Shown: positions 28,023 to 41,443 of the stretch, in pieces
Position numbering within the stretch: the stretch's first letter is position 1
Layout: every line of letters starts with the position of its first letter
Assembly: GCA_964035545.1 (NCBI GenBank)
Contig: OZ037771.1
Coordinates: 11,784,480 to 11,848,479 of the forward strand
Direction of reading: 5' to 3'
DNA: 64,000 nucleotides
Source: Bugula neritina
Taxonomy: Eukaryota > Animalia > Bryozoa
Translations under genes and position numbers: made by a program
Notes under the pieces: generated by a model
Seen by the model: only the letters and a program-made list of their open reading frames with translations
Database searches by the model: none
Told to the model about the DNA's origin: nothing

Positions 28023-30629
28023 ATATACAGTGCTTTCACTGCACACATATTTGCTTAAAACCTTTTCTAATAAGATAACTTCTGATGAATCACTGTCAAA
28101 TTGAACTTTGGCTATCATGTCATCATGAAATAAGCTATTCAAAGCAAACAAGGTTAGAGGGAAGCAAAACTTGACTGCAGTAACACAAACAGAGCTTTTT
28201 GATCTACAAGATCAACTGCTTTTTAAGGTTTAAAAACGCCATATAGTAGTCATCTCTGCCCATGAAACTTTTCCAACAGCAAAGATCATGTCTGTATTTG
28301 TTGCACATAGAATACACATTATTAATCAAATTAGACTGCATTGGCTATCTGTTTGAGATGCCTGAAAAGTACTTTTGAAAAGACCGTTGCCAGTGATACA
28401 CCAATGATCACACATGTTAGCATTAACAAGTAAAAAAACCTGGCATACAGTTTTTCTATTGCATATTACTATGTATGTTTCAAATCAAATGCAAAGGGGG
28501 TATACTTTTAGATGTCAGAGATATTGAGATCACAGGAGACAAACCCGTTCTTTACCGAACAATGTGTCTGGGCCTTACATAGGTATACTTCCCCTGAACT
28601 CCAGATTCCTTATGAAGACACCAAAAGGTAGCATTTTATTAATCGTATAAACTTCTTTAATATGCAGTACCATATATAGCAACGGTAGCAAATCATTATT
28701 TTAATTTAAAATCTAATAAACTTTTTTAGTATAGATCAAGAGGCTGGAAATTTAACAGTAATGTAATAAAGTACAATAAGTCGTTTTTAATGCTGTGCGG
28801 TTTTTAGAGTTGATGGAAATTACATGGAATTTTCCAGCACCATCTCGGGAATTCTAAGATGCTTGATGACAACTGCATTTACCAGACTTTTTGTGAACAG
28901 TTCTGAGAAAAACAAGCTATGGTGGAAAACCTGCCATCAAAAGTATGACACCATGAGCTCTACAATAGCTTTATAACAAGTTTTTTTGAAATAATTCATC
29001 AAAAAATGGCGCTCATTTTGTCAAGTGCATTTTGCTCATTATAGTTTAAACGCAAGCGCATGATAGATAAGAAACGAAACAATTAAGTATATCCATAATA
29101 TACAATATATAAACTATATTGAAATAGTTTTGTTAAATCTATGTTTTATAGTTAAACATCAGCTACTAACTTGCTCAGTATCATTTTACTATCTGAAACT
29201 GTATATAACTGAAAAGATGTTGCCAAGGAGATATAATTATGTAGACTAGCCTGCATCACTCTTTGGATTAATATATATGTGAAATTTTCAGCTCTGCCTA
29301 TTGTAACTTTGGTAAACCACTTATAAATGCCATTTTCCTTGCTGTTTGCTATAAAACTTGAGCTGTTTTTTAATTAGTTTATATTATTTCCTGCTGCATG
29401 TTACAGGTTCACTAATTGGTTCTTTTTATAAAAACGCAGCAGAATACTAATACTTTAATGTTTGCTGGTCACACATAACGTACAAAGTAGTTTAAGCCAA
29501 GTTTTTAAGCACTCACATAATGTTCCAATTAGTTTACAGTTTTCTAGATTTCAATTTAAACAAATTGCTTTCTAGATTGATGGAAGCTTACGGGACAAAT
29601 GACCTTGAGGCCCCCTTGACCTATAAAGTTGAAGTATTCATGCTACTGGGTCGCAAACCAACATCCTAACTATTTCATGCTTTCACTCCTGAAGCGAATT
29701 CACATTATTGCTTTAAAAAACTAAAATAAACTTTTCATTTTTAACAAAAATTTTTTATTTAAAAAAACTTGTAATATAAAAATTAAAAATCAAATTATAC
29801 AACTCTGGTTATATTTGCAGAATAAAGCTTCAGTATTTTTAATTTACAAGCCTTTTTATAGAACCATGCATAGCTTTAGCAGCTCAAATTAAATATGTAA
29901 ATTTAATTTATACTATATGATCTAGCTGTTAGTAAATGGTATCTCTCCTTAGATTATAGACACTTCAGTCTAAACCTAAAGTTGTTTAGAGATACGAGTG
30001 TATTATTATGCGATACAATGATAACATCAATATATTATAATATAATAAGAACGATGATTATAACATATCAAGATTATGTGATAGACACTCTAAACAACAA
30101 ACACATGTAATATCTTATCATAAATAATTATATGTACATCATATTATAGCAAAAGTTATGTAGGATTTGACAAAGCAATATGCTATTATATATATTATTG
30201 TATTAAACCAATTACAATATATATATTATAATAAAACCAAAAGGTACTAAATCATAATAAAAAATAAAGTTTTACATTATATCAAAAAAATAATGTAATA
30301 ATATTATTAACAAAGCGGTTATACAAATTAATACAATATACCATAGTAAAACCATCATGTATTGTAATGCAATATAGCAATTATTTAAAATAACGATGTA
30401 AGGAAACATTAATGTAATATACCATAATAAATCAATCATACCATTAAAACAAATAATTAATGTGTTAAAATATGTAATTATGTATTATATGCATGATTAT
30501 TAAAAACAATTGTGTAATACATACAATAGCAAAGGGTGGGGCTAGTTGAACAGAAAATTTCAGTTCTGGGCATAAGTTTGGAGAATTTTTTTTGCCGATC
30601 CAAAGACGGGCATCATCAAAATCAGTCAT

Positions 30630-30997
30630 AGTAGCACATTAGTTGTATCGAAAGGATACTTCTCGCAGGCAGTCACATGATGCAGCTAGCATCATGCCAT
30701 CAGGATGGCCTGATCGTATTGGCCAATGAAACAGGACTGACAGTTACATAGTAGGCGGAGCTGCAAACACGTAGTGGAAGCTAGTTAGGTAGCGTAGCCG
30801 GCAGAGAGGACTTGGAAATGCTAGTGTAAATTTGTGTACAGTTAGCTCTCTATTATGTAGCAGTTTGTGTTAGTAGTGTTATTCTTTTGTGTGTGTAATT
30901 TGCAGTAAATAAACTCTTATCAATAAGTAAACCTGGCGATCGAAGTGGCTTTCATTAACTAAACCCATTGATTGCAGTGAAGCATAAATTCACAACA
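30630..30997 (+). mobile_element. Possible solo LTR
   Basis: GC-richer segment with AATAAA ending CACAACA. It begins where homology to 37936 breaks. No TSD is visible. Confidence 0.3.
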
Positions 30998-32696
30998 ATA
31001 TTGATCAAGATATTGCAGATATGAATTTTTGATTAATATTTTCATAATTAGCATAAAAAACCATTTCTGGTTCTATTTGACTGATTTAGAAAATTTAAAG
31101 TGCAATGTAATCACAAAGTCCTACTCTATTCATCCACATTAAAAAGTGAAAAGCTTGGATGACTCCGCTAAGAGACCAAAAATGACAGCAGCCATCACAA
31201 TTTATAACAGGTCAAAAATTTTTGGGTTTGTTTAGCCAAGAAACCTTACCTTCTTTGTCCAATGTTACTCCGCCAACCTCTCAATGATGTCAAACCCTAA
31301 AATTATATCTGCACCACACACCAGATTTGGTGCAACTAAACAGCAGTTTCTCATCACTACCCCATCAACCACTGAATCTTTCACTGAAAAACCCAAGTCA
31401 ATCTTTCTAGGAAAAATACATAATAACATATTTCAATAATTTTGAACATGACAGCTTATCTGTACAAGTTTCAGCAAAATTGACATTCATATAGTATGCA
31501 CATCTCTATTACTAAATAACTGACAAGACATGTCAGGTTAAATAAAATATGACACTAATTACATATACGGCTGGTGCTAGACTTAAGCAACCTAATGTTT
31601 GCCTACACTAAAAATAGCTACGTGATAAATTAATATTTTATTCAACTATAAATCATAGCCGAAGTTCAGCTATGATTTTCATGTTTATGAATTATGAGAG
31701 AGCCAATCATTTTAGAGACACTGGAATTTCACGGAATGATTGTCTTCATTTGGCCAGCGCATGAATTAAAATATACCTATAGCTGTTACCTTGTCTAGAA
31801 GAGATGATATCTTGTCACTTGCCATTACCTAAACACTTTTGTTTCACCTCTATATGCCAAAGACGTTACTGGCATTTACCTATTGTTTCATCTACTTTTA
31901 GAGCTGCATATATACTACAAGATAAAGATTTGAGTCAGTTGGAGGTAAGATTTCTCAATGCAAATATCACGTTGTATGACTGCATTTCATAATCAAGCAA
32001 AGACTTGTGGTTTTTGAATGAATTGCTAGTGCTAGCTAGCGCTAAATTTAATCTTAGACATTTTATATCTGCTTCTGATATATAGCAACCGTTCTTTAAA
32101 CCCAAATACTAAAATAGATGTTGTACATGAGATATAACCAAAAACTTGTTTCGTTTCAGCGATTAAGTGATTTTGTATTGAATTTTGATATCCTAGTTTA
32201 TTTATGCATTTGAGTAGCCTAAATTCTATAATGAAATAGCTCCAGTCAAATGCTCTAGTGTGCTACTCACTATGCTACCACACCATTCAATATTATATTC
32301 TTATAATTATTTTGATCCAAGCAAAAGCTATCAAATTAGATAATTCAAATTTTAAAAAAATTAGATCTTCAGAAATATAGTTTCTGGTTGCCGCACATAA
32401 AGTTTTACCTACCAGGAAGTTTGCAACATAAAACACAAAATTCATAATGATAGGCCTGCAACTTCTGACATACACTTCTGTATCATATTAGTTTTGATAA
32501 ATCTACCTGACAAACCAATCTATTCAACATTAAAAGATTGTTGCAAGATTTGAATAATAAAATTAGCCAATAAAACAGCAAAGTATAATAGAGTATAAGT
32601 TTGTTGCTGCAATATTAAACTTTTTCTATTAAAAATATGTACCTTATCTCAATAACAATCATTATAATATATTGAATATAACCTTTACTATTATTT

Positions 32697-33362
32697 TGTA
32701 GTAACTTGTGGGTTATTGAATGAAGTCAGGCAGGGAACATAACTCGTTGTTATAGAAGAGACAAGAGAGAGTGTTGAAATAGTGTGCGTGCTGTATTTTT
32801 ATTGTATCCTTGATCCTTCCAGTCCGAGCTCCAGTCCTCAAGTGACCGAAGCTCAAAAATGGGCTTCCTTTTATACTAGCCAGACAAAGGACTTCTAGAA
32901 CCTTCGACCGACAGCAGGCCAAAGTTCAGGCGGGTATGCCGACACTGGTCATGTCAGTAACCGACATTCAGTCTGTTGGCACCCGCGAGCCGAACTCGGT
33001 CCAACTGTCGATTTACATCAATCAGCAAAAATGAACCCAACCAAGTGTATGCGTAATGTAACTTGTAATTTTTGAAAAAGGGCTTAACTATTCGTAATAC
33101 TGACCTACCAGGCTAAGCTCTAGCTCCAGAGTGTTCCCTGTTGGCTTTCCTTCGGCTATCACTTGTCAGTAGCTTTAGTACTTGCTAGCTTGTAGCTTGT
33201 CAATATCTGATCATCTTACACTATTTACCACGCTAAAAGCTTAACAATAGCACAGTATTTAAGGTATTAGAAAGCTACGCCACAGACTTATCTATAACCA
33301 CAGTATTTAAAAAAATAGCCATAAGTAATGTGTGGGGGGGAATAACTCTGATATTTATCACA
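32697..33362 (-). mobile_element. Solo LTR, same family as the LTR at 41444-41938
   Basis: TG..CA ends. The reverse complement begins tgtgataaatat and ends aataacccacaagttactaca, as at 41444-41938. Absent at the paralogous site in copy A (~21500). Confidence 0.8.
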
Positions 33363-33375
33363 ATACACTTTTTAG

Positions 33376-36300
33376 ATGAGCGATACACAAGAACTGATTC
33401 CAGTTGAGAAGAGATATGATGATGTTGACCTTAGTGCTGATTACGTAAAGTCTAGAATAAAGTATCCCAAATTTGTGCTTGAGGTTGTGTTGCATTATTT
33501 AGAGGAATCGGTAAGCATTCTTTAAATTTATCTCAACAAGCAATGCTTCAGTTTTTCTGATAGCTATTGATGTTATAACTTATCTTTTAATAAAAACCAA
33601 AAATATACATCTGAAGTTATGCATAGTAATTCACATATATAGATGTAAAAGCTGTTATAGACAAGCAAATAAATAAGCAATTTTAGGTGATCTTCTTGTA
33701 CTTAACTGCTCGAGTGGTTTCAACTCAACACATAGTAGTTGTTATGAACACAATTACAATTTTATTAAAGTGACGCATAAGTTTTATTAAGATAGCATAT
33801 TAATTTTTTCAAGACAATACAATAATTTCAATAAACTAACGCAATTAGCCTGTATAAAACTAAATGGTAGGAATTGGCAATAAAATTGTTTTTACAAAAG
33901 TTTCCTAACTGCAGTGTGTGGCAAAAACTTCAGTCAACAGGCAATTTATAATTATGGTTGCCAAAAATATAATAAACTGATTTATATAGACAGTAAGTAC
34001 TAGAAATTCTTTAAAATGAACAAATCTCTCATCAAAATTGAAGTGTTTTCCATTTGAATCATGCTTAAAATTAGGCATTAATTTAAAATAAAAGTATTTT
34101 TTTAAAGAAAATATCCAAATGTTTTTTAATAAATAGATAAGTATTTTTATTGCATCGATACAGATAAAATGCTGAATTATCATTGGAGGATAGTTTTAAA
34201 CTCGCTTATGCTTTGTCATTGCAGCTTGGGAAGTCTCTAAAATACCCTTTAGCTGTGGATGCTGGATGTGGACCTGGATTGATGTCTACAGTATTCTTAG
34301 CTCCACACTTTGATAAAGTACTTGGAGTAGACATCAGTGAGTCTCAGATAGGACAGGCAATTCTTAACAACAAACACAGTAATATTGAATACAGGTAATG
34401 TAATAACATCATACATTGTCTTTTGGCAGTATGTTATACCGTATTGTTTTATACTATGATATTATTGTTCTTGCTTTGGAACTGTCATGCATTAAGTAAT
34501 TAATTGTGTCCTAATCTAGCATAACAAGCTTGTCTCAATAGGTTGTCAGCGGCTGAAAAGTTACCAGTAGAAGACAACTCTGTAACTTAAATACAAATAG
34601 CAATGTCATTACATTGGTTTGATCATGAGAAATTCTATAAGGAATGTGACAGAGTTCTAGTTCCTGGAGGGGTTATTGCTGCTCTTTGTTATGCGTTTAA
34701 CAAAGTTTTAATAGTAAATCACCCCCATAGTGATGCTATAGAAAAGGTTTTAACACAGGTGAGACAAACCTAGATTTTTTGCTTGTCGAAACTAAAATTT
34801 TAATTAAAAGTCTTTTTTTAAAATAACAAATGTTAGTAAAAATGACAAAAAATGGCAGGATTTACCAATAAAATTTAAAAAAAGGTAATTTCTCATTTAT
34901 TGCATTTCTGATAATTGACAGTTTTTTTCATGGATGACATTGTATTGTATCTTCATTGGTATCTGTATAAGTTTGTTATCGGCTTTTGAAACCACTCGAA
35001 ATATTGTTATGATTCTGCAGGTTTGTATGAAATAGACTAAGTAGTCTGCATGCCAATGTTGTTATTTCTTGAATAAAAGTCTTTTGTAGGTGGCATTCAT
35101 TAATATTTATTGGTTGCTAGTTCCTTCTTCTGCAAGCTCCAGTGTGATACTGATTTGCACTGGAAATGCTCACCTTTATATATTGCAAAAATTTCCCGCC
35201 ACTATATGGGGGTCCGAAACTCGGCCGAAGTTCCGAGTTCCGCCGGCCGAAGTCGGAAAGGTTCTGCCCGAAATCGTACAGACCCTTCCGAAATCGCAGC
35301 TTTGGCTCTGAATTCGGTCGAGCTTCAGCTCACATACTCAATTAATTAAACATACAAAAAAATGTGGCGGGGGGGAGGAGCAAACTTCAAAAACTATTAC
35401 AATAACTTAAAAACAAACAATAAAAATAGGAAGGCAATTCACAATCATTACGCTAAGAGCTTAGTTATAATTAAAACAGTTAATCAGTATTTAGAAAGTT
35501 ACACTAATTCAATTATAATAGTGAGGCGATATAACTACTAGAGCTGAATCGGCCATCTTTTGGAAATGCCTCGAGATCGAAAGACTTTTGCAAAGACCGT
35601 CGCCAGTGATATGCCAAAGATCACACATGTTGCCATTAACAAGTAAAAAAAACCTGACATATCTTGTTTTTATTGTGTAATAATATGTATGTCTCAAATA
35701 AAATGCAAAGGGGCTACTTTTAGATATCAGAGATATTGAGATCACAGGAGACAAACCCTTACTTCACTGAGCAATGTGTCTTGGTATCACATAGATATAC
35801 TTCCCCTAAACTCCAGATTCCTTATAAAGATACCAAAAGGTAGCATTAATAAAAATTTTAATAATCGCGTAAACTTTTATAATATGCAGTGCTATAGCAA
35901 CATTAGTAAATCATACTTTTAATGTAAAAGCAAATCAACCTCTTTTGGTATAAATCAAGAGGCTGAAGATCTAACAGCAATTAGTAAGAAAACAGTCATG
36001 TCTTATTGCTGTAACTTTCATGTATTTAAATAGAAATGAATACCAATTACAATGTAATAAAGTTAAATATATCTGCTTCAATTCTGTGCTGTGGCTTTTA
36101 GAGTTGATGGACAATATATGGAATTTTCCAGCACCATCTCGGGAATTTTAAGATGTTTGATGACAACTGCATTTACCAGACTTTTTGTGAACAGTTCTGA
36201 GAAAAACAAACTATGGTGGAAAACCTGCCATCAAGGGTATATCCCATGACGCCATAAGCTGTATAATAGTTTTACGAAAGGAAATTTGCAAAATGTTTAT

Positions 36301-36958
36301 TTTTCAAAAAATACCACCCACTTTGTAGTGCATTTTACTCATTAGTTTAAACACAGGAACAGAAATAGTTAAGTATATCCATAATTGCAATATTATAACA
36401 TATATATCAAAATATGTTTGTTAAACCTTTGTTTTAGTTGAACATCAGCTACTTATAACTTGCTCGGTATCATTTAATTATCTGTAAATAACTAAAAAGA
36501 TGTTGCCGAGGAAATATGTCTAGACTATAGCATACATTGCTTTTTGGAATATATGATTTTTAGCTTCGCTTATTGCAACTCTGATATACCACTCAACTGT
36601 CATTTTTTTGATGCTTGCTATAAGGGTTGAGCTGTTTTTTATAGTTGGTTGGTATTATTTCTTACTGTTACAGGTTCAGTAATTAGTCGGCTTGAGAAAA
36701 AACGCAGCGAAATACTATAATACTTTAGTGTTTTAGCATTCTTTACGATTGCCGCAGTCACGCAAAAAACACCAAGTAGTTTAAGCCATGTTCTTGAGCA
36801 CTCACATAATGATCAAACTAGTTTACAGTTTTCTAGATTTCAATTTAAAGGGATTACTTTCTAGATTGATAGAAGCTTACCAGACGAATGACCTTGAGGC
36901 CCCCTTGACCTATAGAGTAGAAGTATTCATGCTGCTGGGTCGTAAACCAACATCCTAA
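33376..36958 (+). pseudogene. Methyltransferase copy B, collinear, single premature stop
   Basis: Exons 33376-33510, 34225-34394, 34542-34758, 35724-35839, 36102-36236 and 36865-36958, all GT-AG. In-frame TAA at 34588-34590 (TTG in copy A). Confidence 0.88.
35013..35540. mobile_element. Unclassified insertion in intron 3 of copy B with a GC-rich core of CCGAA/TTCGG motifs
   Basis: Absent from the paralogous intron of copy C (~45515). CCGAA-type motifs recur at 35208-35325. Confidence 0.45.
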
Positions 36959-39900
36959 CTATTTCATGTTTTCACTCCTGAAGCGAACTTTACGTTATTG
37001 TTTTAAAAAACTAAAATAAACTTTTCATTTTCAGCAGAAATTTTTTATTTAAAAAAACTTGTAATATGAAAATTAAAAATCAAATTATACAACTCTGGTT
37101 ATATTTGCAGAATAAAGGTTCAGTATTTTTAATTAACAAGCTTTTTTTATAGAATCATGCATAGCTTTAGTAGCTCAAATTAAATATGTAAATTTAATTT
37201 ATATACTATATGATCTAGCTGTTAATAAATGGTATCTCTCCTTAGATTATAGATACTTCACTCTAAATCTAAAATTGTTTTATAGAGATACGAGTGTATT
37301 ATTATGCGATACAATGATAACATCAATATATTATAATATAATAAGAACGATGATTATAACATATCGAGATCATGTGATAGACACTCTAAACAACAAACAC
37401 ATGTAATATCTTATCATAAATAATTGTATGTATATCACATTATAGCAAAAGTTATGTAGGATTTGACAGAGCAATATGCTATTATATATACAGTATTATT
37501 ATATTAAACCAATTACGATATATATTATAATAAAACCAAAAGGTACTAAATCATAATAAAAAATAAAGTTTTACATTATATCAAAAAAATATTGTAAAAA
37601 TATTATTAACAAAGCGGTTATACAATATAATACAATATACCATATAGTAAAACCATCATGTATTGTAATGCAATATATATAGCAATTATTTAAAATAATG
37701 ATGTAAGGAAACATTAATTTAATAATTATACTATAATAAATCAATCATACCATTAAAACAAATAATTACTGTGTTAAAATATGTAATTATGTATTATATG
37801 CATGATTATTACAAACACTTGTGTAATACATACAATAGCAAAGGGTGGGGCTAGTTGAACAGAAAATTTCACTTCTGGGCATAAGTTTGGAGAATTTTTT
37901 ACCGATCCAAAGACGGGCATCATCAAAATCAGTCATATGCTGCTGTCTTTGCCCATTAAAACTAAATACATAATCATTTTATTTACTAAGATAGAGCCAA
38001 TTTTTTACCTGTAGGTTTTTGGCTCAACTATAGCACAACTAGCCTCACACTGTCACACATACAAATTATTGTCAATACAATAATATATTATAAGATATTG
38101 CAATAAAAAAGTAATGCAATACATAATAATGGAGCAATACAACAATATAGCATTGTAAAACAATTATGTATGCCATATTACAATAAGTTATGTGATATTA
38201 AATTGTATGAAAAAGTTTTTCCTAATAAATTATAGTGAAATAGTTATATAATATGTAATTAGTAATTATAAAGCCATTCATAAAAATGAACTGTTACAAA
38301 ACATGGCGCAGTACAAAAACACAATTTATACTTCAACATAATAATATAACGGTGCTATATATATATAAAACTAAAAAAAAAGTTTGTACAACTATTGTTT
38401 TTTTTAGGTTTGAACTTGAGCAAAATTGAATTTGTTACGCTACGCTACTTTCAAAGTTGATTATTGGGAAAATTACATGCAAGCCAAAAAGTCATGGAGC
38501 AAAATTTAAAAAGATCTATTCCAGACTTTAATAATAGGTATATGTTGGATTAAATTTCTTCCATATTTCCCATTGTTCTGTATATTATATTAAACTGCTG
38601 ACGTCAATCAAAGTGTATTTCGATTGACAATATACTGCTAAGACATATTCAACACAAATAACTGATAATTATCCAAGCACGTATACCTGGTATAATAAAA
38701 TTTATATATTTGCAGCGATCTAGTCATCAGCTTCCATACACATGCAGCAGGATCACAAAAACTAAAGGATGAACATTGTCCATTACTTACAAAATGGAAA
38801 TCCATATTCTAGTAATTATAGGACCTTAAAAAACAGTTTCATAGCTTACGTACTGTAACAGCAGTCGAAATCTCTAGTCTCCCTCACGAGTGTGTGGAAT
38901 TTTAAACTGAATTATTCCACTGGCTCCTAAATAAAAATTTTAAACCCAGACACTTTTGAGATAATTTCTGAAATCATATATGTGACGGCTCCTGTAAATT
39001 TTGGTCTCTTGGCATTATCCGCTATGTCTATTGTTAGTTATAAGGGGTTTTATCTGTAGTAGTGCTACATGTGTCAATTTTATATTTCAGTGTGCAATGG
39101 TCAATTAACATGTGCTCTTTTCAGCTGTCAAATCAGTTGTGTGATATCATATCTGCTATGGTTTATGAATGATTGGCGTTTTAATGAGCCATTCAATTCC
39201 TGGTCACATGATTAGAGCATAATAGCGCAACCTCTAACAATAGTTAAAATAGCAGGTCATGTTGAGCGCAACGTAATTTAGTATAATTTAATTGATAATT
39301 GTTACTAATTTAACAAACATGGCGACCGGAGCACACTGCAAGTTAATAGATAGGTCAGATATTGACAATTTAAAAAATATTTCTACTTTGAAAATGAAAG
39401 ACAAATAGTGAAGAGTGATGATGATATTAGTAATGATGAACTTAGTGACAACAGTGATACAAAATAGTTAGATTTTATTATGCAACAACCGAGCCAGTAT
39501 AATTTTAATCTCTCAAAATGGTTATAAAGTTTTTCTCATTAGACTGAACTCAGCTTTGAAATATTGAACAAAATACTGCAGAAGCACATTTTTTATTATT
39601 ATTTTCATGATCAGCATAAAAAACCACCCCTGGTAACTAACTTTTAGACTGATGGAGCTCATTAAAGACCTGTTGCTAGGTAGATAAACAACAAATTTAG
39701 AAAAATTTTGGGTCACCGAACTTTGAATAGTAATTACTCGCAATAAGAAAAGTCGTTTGTTATGGAATTTTGTGCGCATAACCTAGCATATTTCTAGTTC
39801 TATTTGACTGATTTTAAAAATTTAAAGTGCTATGTGATTACAAGGTCCTACTCTATTCATCCACATTAAAAATTAAAAAACTTGGAAAACCTCTAAAAGA

Positions 39901-41292
39901 CCAAAAATGATAGCAGCTGTCACATATATTCTAATAGTTCTGAAAATGAGGATCTGTTAATTTCAAAGTTCTTAGTGGTTTATGCATAATTTGTGATAGT
40001 AGTTTGCTAATCTGATGGGTGATTAGCAGCTATAGGTGATTCTTGTTAACTTATCAACTCCCAATAATTATGGCACTGTAAAAATGACAACATGCAGTGA
40101 TATTTGAAGCCGATTTCCTGCAATTTCAACTATGATATTATTTCTGTAAAGATGGTATATATATAAACGTTTGCTTTTGTATCGAACAAATGCATATCAT
40201 CAGATAAAATAATTGTTGTATCACAAAATATACTTATATTATTAAATCTGTTTTTTTGTACAAAGACGGCATCTTTTCTCATAAGAATTTCGCGAAATTA
40301 AACTAAAAGCTTTAAAAAATACATTTGAAGCCACTGATACGTTGCTCAGCGATTGATCTATTCTCAATGTATTATCATTTAAAAGAAGTCTAGTTGCATG
40401 CAGTTTAATAATTTCAAAGCCAAATCAGATGCAACAGATTTATGAAATGATATATTTGAACAAAAACTAATTTTTAGCTAACGGGTATAATTAGAATAAT
40501 TAGAAAAATATTTTGTAAGCTGAAAAAGTGTATTTTTCATGTAGTTATACTGTGTGAAGTCAGGATGAACGTATAATTAGATATTAGCATACATAATCAT
40601 AAACTAGCAGTTAATGCTCAGCCAAAGCAATTTGAGCATAGTTTGACAATTATCTAAGGATGAAATTTAAAGGTAGTGTCAACAATGTGTACTTCTAATA
40701 TTACAGCAGCGTAAGCTATATATTTCTAACTGATAAGTTGCAAAATATTCAACTCATAACTTACGCAGAATGACAATTTAAATTGATGCACAAAAACAAA
40801 TAAAGGGAGGGTGTAACATTAGAAGTAACTTACTACTTGGTTAGTTACAGTTTATTGACATGATGATTGCTGTGATACATATGTGTAAACAATGCTCTCA
40901 GCCTTTATTGTGTCATATGATATGATTCAACAGGTCTCTGTCATGTGAAGTTGACACCATGGGGCTGGTGTGACTCACTATACAATGAGTGTCTTGCAGA
41001 CACTTATAGACAGATTCTAGCTCACTTAGAACACATCAGATCTTAGACTGAGGGGAGCTCTTGTATTTGGGAAACAGTAAAACCTTTCTCTTTTTTGTGA
41101 GATTGGTGAATACCATTGCGGGTCTGCTCTTCAACGTTTGTCTCCGTCTTGGCTAACTTTCTTTTCTTTTTTCTGACTCTGTCTTGTACCTGCGATGCAA
41201 TTCATATCTCAGACTACGGCTATATGAGTAACAGCAAAGCACCTCAGACTTAATTGGAAGGTGGTGTTTGTTGATATATTGTGATAATTGCT

Positions 41293-41379
<87 letters not shown>

Positions 41380-41443
41380 CCGTGTATTTATTTTTCATAT
41401 TTTTTTCTTGTATAAAAAATTGCACTTTCTGATAGGGGGTGTG

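Larger units (their letters stand above)
21515..29669 (+). pseudogene. Class I SAM-dependent methyltransferase copy A (Methyltransf_11-type, resembling the DDB_G0268948/Crg1-like group), internally inverted
   Basis: Plus-strand exons 21515-21649, 28512-28627, 28808-28942 and 29576-29669 (ends FMLLGRKPTS*). Exons 2 and 3 are on the minus strand. Reassembled, the 867 nt give an uninterrupted 288-aa protein. Confidence 0.85.

Noticed and set aside
30585-30627. Minus-strand TTGATGA-hairpin-AAAA resembling a hammerhead (also ~37900), and isolated CTGATGA/CTGACGA words (~815, 22501, 28082, 63899)
   Set aside because: They lack the complete core (CUGA and/or GAAA) and have no stem I/III pairing.
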